Below are positions 26,120 through 47,800 of a stretch of DNA of 64,000 bases, piece by piece. The stretch is from Ostrea edulis. Taxonomy: Eukaryota. A program made the translations under genes and the position numbers. Where the stretch lies: positions 71,362,001 through 71,426,000 of the forward strand of contig NC_079168.1 in assembly GCF_947568905.1 (NCBI RefSeq), given 5' to 3'. Within the stretch, counting starts at the first letter, position 1. Every line of letters begins with the position of its first letter. Below the pieces are notes generated by a model, which ran no database searches, had not been told where the DNA came from, and saw only the letters and a list, made by a program, of their open reading frames with translations.

Positions 26120-29006
26120 NNNNNNNNNNNNNNNNNNNNNNNNNNNNNNNNNNNNNNNNNNNNNNNNNNNNNNNNNNNNNNNNNNNNNNNNNNNNNNNNN
26201 NNNNNNNNNNNNNNNNNNNNNNNNNNNNNNNNNNNNNNNNNNNNNNNNNNNNNNNNNNNNNNNNNNNNNNNNNNNNNNNNNNNNNNNNNNNNNNNNNNNN
26301 NNNNNNNNNNNNNNNNNNNAAGGGTCTAAGTAAATCTTGTGTTTCATTCCATAGACCAAAAACCATTGGAAGATACACTGTACATATCATAGGAGACGTG
26401 GACCATGTCAATTATCGCAAGAATTATTCAGTCTTTAATTATACCGTATTTAGTTAGTACATTTTTATAAATAGAACGCCGGGGTTTAAATCCTTTGAGA
26501 TATTACACGGGTTCGAAGCTGGAAAGTTGTTACTAATATAATGGTGAAATAGACAGACGTTTATTGGTAGATTCAATCTGATTTTCCGACAACAAAGAAT
26601 AAAATTGAATCAAAGAGAAGTCGATGTATATCAAAAACCAGGCCTTTGTCATAAGGCAAAATACACGGTATTCATAAATGATACATTGTTATGCAGATCT
26701 GGTATGAACACCATCCAAATGAAAGCGTGTTGTCCAATCAATAAGTGGATTTCTCTAATATACACATTGATTTATTCTTCGTTTCGAAAGGTTTCACTCT
26801 TTGGTTACTTTTATAATATTTGAATTTATTTACTGTTTTCATTTGTGGAATACGAATGTCTGTTTCAATTTGTGTAACACATGTACACGTAAATCAATGT
26901 ACTGAAGTATATTACACGCGATATGAAAATCTAATGATATAGTCATAAAGAAATTGCTGGAATTGAAAATTTGAAATAGATTGAGAAATTCAGTTTTTTA
27001 TTAGTGTAATTTTCCCCAAATAAAATTCAAAATAAATGACGCTCACTCTTCCCGCAATGAATGATTATAAAATTAATCGATTCTACATAGCTGTAAAAAT
27101 CGCAGACAAAAGCATCAATGTCAGAACAACTCAATTTTTTAAAAAACAAAATGTAAAACTTACCTCGTAAATTGAAGTGTCGCTGATTTAATCAAGTCAG
27201 CATGCGAGTTACACTTACAACGTTACTAAGCAGCAAATGGGGCGAGCAACATCACACGTCTAGAGTTTGTTGTATTTTAACTAAACGATTAATATTGACT
27301 GTACATCGATTTCTGCCACTGTACTCTGTACAGTTTCTTTGGAGTATTTAGAAATAGTTTTAAAGTGACTTGAAAATAACGATTTTTACCAGTCGAATAA
27401 TAATGTCAGACTTAACGACTAACTTAAATGGGGGAAAAAAAAAAAAAAAAAAAAAAAACTTAAATGGGGGATTTCAAAAAATTATTTTATGAAACAGGGT
27501 CTACGTTCATGCATTTAGAAACTCACTAGTTTATCTCTCAATGACATAGGAATATATACTAATGACTAACAAAAACATATATTTTGTACAAAATCAAAAG
27601 AAACCTAATAAAACTACGTTAGGTAACCGCTTTTAGTGTATAGAAATATAAAAGGAAGAATTGTTGTCTTGCAAGATAATTATTTAATCACCAAAATCAC
27701 AAATTCATGTGCCTATTTTGAGGTTGAAAAGTGATTGGCATCATTCAATACTGTTGTTATTACTCAAATATATACATGTACTATAGAGTAATTTCGATTG
27801 AATTAAATGTTTTGTGACAAAATGACAGTTAATGCCCTTTACGAAGCTGATTCCGAGCGGGTTATTGATGAATGGAAGTAAACAACTTCATTTCGTGTAG
27901 AATGATTTATTTTCGACAATTTCATAACTCTGTACATTAACTGCAATGTGCGAGTGCATGTCTTGCGACGTAATAATGATATTGATAATGAATAAATCAT
28001 TGTGTTTTCTACAAAGAAGTTGTTCATGCATGATGTTCACGAGACACATCAAGAACAAATCTTCTGCAAAGCGAGACTTTCCCTTACAGCATGGGGATAT
28101 TACCAAAGTAATATATTGTATAACTTTTTCTTGTTTACGCGTTTTTCCTCTGTGACATTGAATTTCTACATGTATCTTTGAATACACGTAGTATGAAACC
28201 AGATCTTAATGTAAGAAGTACATCAAAATTCGGTATACAAAAGATTAAAGATTTCGGGATTTTCCTACCAGTAATATAAAACCTTGACAAGCAACGTGAC
28301 GTAATATCTATATTCTGGAAATTTGACACTGGCCGAGGCGGTTCCATTCTTCTCGACCTGCTTGCGAGTACATAGAAAGCCATCGTGCGTGCGAATGAAA
28401 TGCAGGACTGCGATATCAGTTTGTTGAAATCACTTCTTTTAAGACTTTAATGAAAAGACCAAATTAATTTACGTCGCCCTGGTCTGCCGTTAACCGGAGG
28501 TTTGTAATTCAGAGCTCATGAGACCCCCAAATTGTTTACATGAATTTGTTTCTGGTCTTGTCAACTGTGTAACAATAAAAGCGCATACTGGTATTGGAAA
28601 TTGCAAAATAGATACAATTGCCACCAAATCCCATACATTACAGGAAATATTTCTTACCAGTTTTTATTTGTATGTTAAAATGGAAGTGTGGGATCTAAAC
28701 TCCAGGTGTTTGTGTGTGTAAACTTACGTTCGTGTTTTAGTGATTGCAACTTGTGCATGACTGACGCATTACAAACGCCATTCGATGCCACTTATTAGAA
28801 ATTTCAAAACCCCGCCCAAACGCCAGTTCTGAAAAGTCGGTAAAAGCTCTTACACGGATAATAGTCCAATTTTGAATATATACATATAAAAATAACTGAG
28901 GCATAATGATAATGACTGTGTCACGTGGGGAGGATGTGAAACATAACACAGGGGAAATATAAATGTGAAAATAAAACATGAATAGACAATCTGGTTAATC
29001 CTCTGT

Positions 29007-32000
29007 TCATTTCTTTGGTTTTAGGTTCACTTCTGGTGTGGCGGGCGGATCAGGCTCCTTTATCACCTTCTGAATCTGAACACAAAAACAAGAAATATTG
29101 TCAACAAAAACCATCAAATGAATCAACCGTGAATATCCAACAACGACTTCTACAGCATATTCTTTCCGTTTTGCGAATTCTATAATGTTAAAATACATTA
29201 AGCAGGACTAACCCAGCAATAGAAGGAGGCCGCGCCAACACTCGTCTTCCGCACTTCGTTCTCTGTGATTTTCAAGAACATGTTTTTTACTTTGATTTGT
29301 ACCTTTTCAGGCACCTCAGCAAGATTAAACTTTTGGAATCTCTGAAGTAGACTTTTTTTGCCCGTTTTCCTCATCAAGCTTTGAATATACTCCCAAAACT
29401 GCAATCAAAGATGGGTTATTAATCAATGTCATAATGAATTTTTTGAAAATGCTATTCTCAAATTCGTCGGTTAAGATTTACCTGAAGATTTTCCTCTATT
29501 TCCCCTAACATAAGAAAAGTCGCAATCATGACATCGTGGACGACAACTGGTGGACTTTTATAGTTCATCAGTTCCGCTATAATAGGTTTGTTGAGATCAG
29601 GGATCGGATGCTGGAATCCGCGTAGATTACGCAACTCAGCCAGAACTTCCTCTGCTTGTTTGATCAGTGCCGTCAAGCGGTCCATATATTCCGAGCTACG
29701 CGCTATCGATATTGCTTGGACGAGACATTTATCATTCCTCCTGTTGATTGCATTCATTAAAGCTGTTTTAAGAGAAATCAGTGTATGGATAAAACATTGA
29801 AAAATATTCACAATACCACCGATATGGGCTTTAATGAGCGAAAATATCAAAATAATAGGCCTAGGTTAATCATTCTTATAAATACACAGTTAAACATTCG
29901 TGAATGCATTATGGGCCATATAATGATAAAGTGGAATTACTGTACACAGGCTGTAGAAAAAATCGGAATAGGGATTATCTTACTTTGCTTGACTTCCAGA
30001 AACTCAAGTTTAGTGCTGGCCTTGGTGTAGTCCCCGCGGTCCTCTAGTCCAGCATTCACAAACTTATCAATCGTCTCCTTCAGGCGGTCAATATCCTTCA
30101 CCGTGGTGGCATCCTTAATACCCTTCCTCAGTATCTTCTCTCTGGCATTCTGCATCATACAAACATATCGCAACAGCTCTCACTTACACATATTGGTTGT
30201 TCTTTCACCAAGCGCAACATTATTACAAGTGAAAGTCGTTAATACATGTACATTGTACGATAGAGGTCCCTCACCACTACGACTTTAAGTGTCAAGCATA
30301 AGTCAGAATTTGTAACACTTTGGGTATAAAGGGGATTTCGTCTTTATAGGAGTGAAAACCCTCAAATAGGACATACAACAATATACATGTACACGTACAC
30401 ACTAAACAATACAATCTAGATGCGATCTGAAGAACGGAGGTCTTGTGTCACAACAATCTAATTAAAATCAGATCCAAGAATACGCTCACAATCGCTACAA
30501 TATACTTACTCAGAGTATACGGAGCGGATCTAAAAAGTCTGTTTTAATTAGATCGTGTGTCACAACAGACGTTGGTAAGATAGAGAACCCCTCAGCACTA
30601 TGACTTTGGAATGCTATTACATGACCCAAAAATAGCCGTTTTGTTAAATATCATTCAGAGTTATTCAAAACTTTAAATTTTAGAGTATGAAGATTTATTT
30701 ATACCTCCCAGCCTTTCCTTTTTCTGGTCGTTGGTCTTGGATCCTCTGTGCAGATAAGATAATTGCAGATGTTGTTCATTTCTCCCGGGACGTCTTTTTG
30801 CTTACCATAGATTTTGATAAGGTAGTCGCCATGTTGAGGAATTTTACCCATAATGTCAGTCCTTCCGACATTTTTTTTGTAGTAAAATCTCCCTGCTAGT
30901 TCGTTCTCACTCAGAAGTATGTGTAAAAACTTGACTTTTACGGAAAGATATGTTTCTGTCATAAACGTCATGTGAATTTCTTGGTGTGGTTTCATCACGA
31001 TAAGTCCTGATTTGTGAGAGGGGTCCATTATTCCCGCTTTCTGAGCTTCATATGAGTATCCAAGTCCGATCCATGGCGCATCAGGAAAAGGAACACAATT
31101 TTCTCGCGGATTTTCACAAACGAGGCGATAATCCGCAATCCATGGAACGTTCTCACGATCGACATGTCCACCAAATATTGACAGTTTGTACACACCAGGA
31201 ACCGGAAATCTAACGATGAATGTCCAAACATCATCTTCAAAGTTCATGAGGACATATTTGTTTAGCGGCGTTTTATTGTCAAGGTCAACATCAGATTCGT
31301 CGCGTTTGAAAAGCAGATCATAGTTCATTTGCGTTGGGTAGTCCTCGGGCACGCGGAATGATATTTCAACTACCCCATCCTTGTCGTATAAGATGCAACT
31401 TTGTTCTGTGAGAAGCTTTAGACCTAATCGAAAATACGCTTCCTGAAAAAAGGGAATGCGAACGAACCGGTCAAGGTCGTATGGTACAGTTAGTAGTTGC
31501 CACTTTGGGTCGTCAGGCATACAAAAATAAAGGAAATCATGTGGATCGGTAAGGAAAAAGAACTCGTTGATTTTCTGTATTGTCCATCCCTCTGTGTTTT
31601 CCTCGTCGTCATCGTAGGCCGTCCACTTGTCCAATCCAGACTTCCCAATCACCGTCTGACACGCCCACAGTGGATGAATCAACCTCCAGCTGTCCTTGAC
31701 CCATACCACGTTCCACTTGGTTCTGAGGTTGGACAGTGTATCTGAGGTTCCCACTTCGTACCCAGCACTTTTGCATACTCCCTTTATTATAGCACATTTT
31801 ATTCCTGATTTTCTACAAAGGATTGTAATGCGAGGTTGAAAAATGGAGTTAAAACGTCTAATTCGTGTAGGAATTTGGAAAAAGTCCTTGAATACCAAAA
31901 CCTTTAATTGCACCTGTAATTGTAGGATATTTCAAATCATGTTCTTACCTGCAGAGTACGGCGAAAAGCGAGGCGTACGATGCACGTCCCTCCTTGATGA

Positions 32001-32856
32001 GTTTCATAAACCCTCGAGGTGTCTTGACGAGATCCTCTACAGTATATCCGTCCAAGTTCTTGTATTTGGTGGTAGTGATTGGCTGAACACAGAGCCACAT
32101 GAATAGTGCACGTACCTTCTGCATGTCTGTCCGGAATGGCAGAACGAGGTAGTCGAGAAGCTGCTGGAAGGACAAGTCAATCTTAGAAGGAACCTGTAAT
32201 AAAGGGAAAAAAACATACACTCCACAACTATATGGGTACATACACATAAACATCACTGTACTCTTTTTCAATGAATAAGATGACAGATGCGATTCATGTG
32301 GATGAATATTGTGAATGAAGTTGAAAGGTGTGATTTCAAGCAGAGGATTATAGTCCAGCCATAGAACAGTTTGGCGTTTTCCTGGAACTAAGTGGACACA
32401 TTTTGATTGGCTTGCAAAAGAGGTTGGGATCCATTGTATTAATTTTACCAAATTCGCGGAGCAATGCTGATGACAATATAGGTCTTGACGATGGGGATAA
32501 TTATGTCCCTGATACCTTTCTAACGTGCTGGTGTACATCTTTATACTTCCAGTGTTCATAAATATCATCCTTTTTCAGAGAGTTCTGTTTGGGTACGGGG
32601 TAATCCTCGTCTGACGGAAATTCGGGTACGTCTACCTATAATTCAAATTTAGTATATACGAACATTACATTAATTCAAAACTGTATATTTTCACAAGACG
32701 TCGGGTCAGTTCCTTTTTTTATTTTAATTTCAGTGCACGTGATCATTTCAAACAAGGTAATATAATACTTGCCTCTTCATCGTCAGGTTCCCGCTGATCA
32801 CCGGACTTCTGAGATTTGGATTGCCGAGATCCTTGTGCCGAGGAATTGCTACCCAT
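29007..32856 (-). CDS. KY/hillarin-like protein, paralog 3 (~752 aa)
   Basis: Exons 32856-32773 (MGSNSS..., GC donor), 32635-32516, 32193-31949, 31812-30705, 30149-29984, 29762-29482, 29398-29213 and 29075-29007. In phase, 2259 nt. The 166/281/186-nt exons equal those of paralog 2. Confidence 0.9.
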
Positions 32857-33149
32857 GGTTGTAATCTTCAAACCATAGTGAATAAGTGAGAACTTACTTT
32901 CGCGCGCCCGTTTCTTGATGTCACTCTGATAGTTTTACATTAACTGGTGTATTATTACCTGTAGCCGTGGAAAGTGTTCAAACAAAGCGTGATTTGATTA
33001 TTGGTGCAGATGATTGCATATTTTGTAGTTTTGTTCGGTGGAATACTTATGGAAAGGACATTTAAGTCAAGAACAACAACTTGTACACGTGTATTTCACG
33101 CAGGTGAGGTTTATTTATCTTCTACAAGCATTGCCAATATCCAATGGTT

Positions 33150-43347
<10,198 letters not shown>

Positions 43348-44872
43348 TGCATTAACTTGTAGCTGAAATAGCGGAGAGCAGAATTCGGACCTTATCAGAA
43401 GAAAGTGTATATTGACTCGACAGAGAGTTGAAAGATAATTACCTGCTTACGGGACAAGTTTAACAGGTGCGCGTGATTATCAATGATTATATGTTGGTCC
43501 GATGGTTTCATGCTCGTAACGAAATGTAGGACAGTGGACATGACATGAATAGCCAGACATTAGGACAATTTGTTGTTCCTCTTTGGTGTGGTGTTCCAAA
43601 TAAATAGATGTAGATTTTCTATACATGTATACCTCGAGTCAATCGATAGAACGGTGTAATGCAAGGAATTTACATACAATTATTGTACGTCTTGAATATC
43701 AAGATTATGTTTTATGCATTGACGAACTGCAGTAAATGCATTTAAAGGTTATTCAAAATATCTTATAAACAATAATGATTAAGGAATGAATGTCTGATTT
43801 CTTTGTGTTGCGCAAGTTTTATGGGAGTATAGACAGTCTTAACACTTGGAATAATTTGTTTAGCCATCTCAAAATGTTTATCATGATACAGCGTCTTTCA
43901 TTCTGACGAATAATGAATCTACTTGCATATACACATTTATATTTTTTTAAAGACAATTATTGCAAATCAGACATAAACCACAAGACGCCCTCTTGTTCTT
44001 CATCACTTAACAACACTGAATAGTCCCGGAGAGCCCATTTTATTAACAATTTATTCTGCGAATAGGCAACCTAGATTCTAACGACTATCCATACACAAAG
44101 CCGACCTTTCTTGTCAGAAGTTTCTGAAGAAATGTAACCCGACATGTACGAAGATCTACTAATTGATAATTTTTGTTGATAAAACAATTGAGAATTTAAA
44201 AACCCATTCCGTCATCCAGTACCTGGAGGTAGTGAGATTGTTGACAGTGCTGTATAAGACGGTCATACCTGTTCTGAGGCTGATAGTGGCGAGATGATCA
44301 CAAGTCACGCAAAGGGTTAGATACGGACAGGTAAGTAAATGTAAAAAAAAAAAAATGATGACAGGCATGTAAATCTATTTTTTAAAATGATGGCCATGGT
44401 TTTTCTCCCCCAAATGAATTACAACATTAATCTTTAAAATGTAGATAAAATTAGAAACGACAGAATACAGTTTTATTGTTATTTACGATCTCAAATTAAC
44501 CTTTCTCTATATATAAATTTACCGCATTTAGATGTCATTTTTCTAGCATGACAAAAATATTAGGTTCTTTTACTTTTCTTGGGATATAATAGGACATTTT
44601 CTAATAGGAAAACAGAATGCAAAATCTTGTGATCATGGGCGACTGACCGAAAAATGGTGCTACAAAACCGTCATTTCTTCGTTTAAATTAAGTTCATGAA
44701 AGGTCTAAATTAATACTGCAGGCTAAATATTTTGAATGGAAAATAATCAATTTACCAGATGTATGGATCAAAATGTCCACACATTTACAAATTTACACAT
44801 TTATTTTCCCGTTTCATCTTTTACATCAGATGAGACATCTTGCTTTAATTTTCCACAGAGAGTGAAATCAAC

Positions 44873-47800
44873 ATGCAGGAGGTAAGTACAGACCATAGCA
44901 TGTATATCGATTTTGTACTTCAATTTTGGAACCAAAAAGTAAATTACAAATTATAAAACTTGTCTTGTTTCTGTTTTCTAGGCGTCGCAAAGGAAAGTGT
45001 TTATGTGGATAGTAGTGGAATTTACATTCATGTTCGGTAAGCTGACTGTCATATTCTATTTATATTATTTATTATAATTTTTTAGATTATCTTTATGGGG
45101 AAAATACTATATATATATATCGCACATTTATAGTGTTGTAAAGTATCGAATAAGCCTGCTCATTTGATTTTTTTATTTAATGAAAAAAGTTCACATGCAA
45201 AACTGAAACCTTTTCTTTTCATAGGACCGGTTCTCTCCTTGTGTGACGTGGTGACTCAGGAGCTATCCGCCGACTCCAGCTGGCGGTCATTTACTTCAGT
45301 GGGGTACAACGAGGGGAGTGGATCCTACATTAGGTAGGCGGATCCATGAAATATCAAACAACACAAAATGACAAGTGTTTTTATACTATGCATTGGTTGT
45401 ATAAAGCGTAATTCCATTGATCATTAAAAAGATTATAGATGTTTGAAATAGATTTTGATTTTAGTGACATGGATTGTTGGTGGCGGATTGATTCGGGGGC
45501 GGATGATCTTCGTCTCTTATTATTCCTGACGTTTGACACGGCGTGTCCAGGAGATCAGATTGACATCTACGACGGTAAGGAACTAAAGAACTACCTTACA
45601 GACATTGTCGCACGTCTTACAGGTTAAAGAGAAGCCACGAAAGTTAAAAATGTACTCAAGTTATCTCTTCCTTGTTATTCGATGTGTAAAACACACTCAA
45701 ATTAAATTCAGGGTTAATAGAAGTGTTTGCATTACATAAATATCTGGTCAATATTTGACTATATCTTTGGTGAATAAATATAGAGCCCACGCTTTGCATT
45801 CCAGAAGAGGATGGGTTCTTTTTTTTTTTTTTTTTGTTGAATTTGTTTTAAAGAATTTATTTCTTCTTCTTTTTGGAATGCAGATAATTTCATCAGTCCC
45901 TGTGTAAGTTCCTATCATAATGACAAGAAAGAAAATATGATGTTTGAAATGAAATATAACATACATCTTTTAAAATTTGATATTTATTTTCAATTTTCAA
46001 AAAATAATTCTTGAAATATAGCCAATAGGGACAATTCACATTCATTGCAAAGTATCTTTAAAGGAAGTGAACATGAAAATGTGACAAAGGGTTTAGATTT
46101 GTCATTTTTGATGTATATAATGAATTCTGAAAATCACTAAGATGTAGCTTTCTTCAGTAGGGAGATATTTTATAAAGATTAACTAATCTTTTCAATCCTT
46201 GGGAGCTGCCATATTGCAAAAATATTACCTCCCTGCTGGGTTATCTCTTAGCATCTACTAGAGGGCAGCACTGATGCTGACATCAGTAGGACACAATGTG
46301 TGTATTTTTGGCACATTGTAAGCATCAACGTTAAAATGTCATCAGCAGAGAGTGAATTAGATATGGGATATCAGGTTGAAATTGTTTCTCAGAATAATGC
46401 TTCTTCACCAGCAGTTGATTTTAATGAGAGAGGAATTTTCCTTGATTGATATGCTTGTGGAAATTGTACAATGTAACTATGTACATTCAAGGGGTGTCTT
46501 TGTTGTCATGAGTTTGAATATTCTGTGTCAGTTAGATTGCATAAATATACACTTATAGTGCAGTTCTCTACACCCATATTTTAACACTGTGTGTCGAAGT
46601 CCTGTTATAATTGATACAGCTTACATTTATCCATGAATTTAATACGTATCCAGTGAAGGGTCTCAGAGGACCTGGATAACAACTTATTAAACAAATAAGA
46701 AAAACACGAAAATGAAAAATACCTTCTGTATTCACACACTCTAAAAACAATGTTTAGGTTTGGAACACTTTTTAAACGTGTTTAGGTCTAAACGTGTTTA
46801 GGATTGTGCTTATATCCTAAACGCGAAGTGTAATAAACATGTTCTACCCTAAACATGTTCAGACTGAAAACATGTTTAGATATGCAAAAATACAGTATCT
46901 AAACACAAAATAACATGCTAAACACAATCCTAAACGTCTAAACACAATCCTAAACGTCTATGCGTTTAGGTTTTGAACATGATAAGCTTAGTAACATTGT
47001 TGACATTAGTTTTACAGTCTTCATGTAGAATATTCCTGTCTTCTGTAAATGAAATTCGAAGTGCAGAAAAAATTGCATGTCAGAATTGCCATACTTCAAA
47101 CTGCTATAGTGTACCAGGCCCCGATAGTGACCATAGTGTACATCATACGCCGTATTGCAAGTATACACTGTCGAGGTCGATATCCAAAATTGATGGAACC
47201 ATTAGAAGAGCCGTCTATGGGCTTCAACCCTTTCCTGTTGGAAATGAGCAGAGTTTATAGGAGTATCCAGAAAATTTTGATCTGGAATTCCTTTTCAACT
47301 TGAACAGGTCTGGACACATACATATTGAATTTTTAAAAAAAAAAAGTGTAATTCATTGTCTCTGGTATTAGACGTGCCTTTAGTGTAAATTTAAACCAAT
47401 GCATCACTCTTATTTTGCATTGGAACAAAATTCATTTAAATCTTGTGAAAGAGAACATCAGTTGCAATTGATGCCCCCCCCCCCCTTTTTTTTTTTAAAA
47501 TTCAACATGTGACAGTGCCTGTTATGCGAAAACTAGCATACATGTATCAAAGACAAAAAAATTGCTGAAATTGTACTTGTGGGGTGATATTTAACCATGT
47601 ATAGTTTACTTCTTATATGTGCATAAGTGACTTTTAATGGTTTTGTCTTTAACATGTATCGCGGAAATGTCAACCGTGTTGTTTCGGCAATTAGAATATA
47701 GAAATAGAGTTATCGGACTTGCAATGTAATTTGAGAAGAACCGCGCAAACCCGCATTGTTCGATTTGAAACATCATGGATCCCATAGACACAGTTTGTAA

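Noticed and set aside
25978-26457. ORFs spanning N runs (also 7761-8016)
   Set aside because: They are artefacts of assembly gaps.
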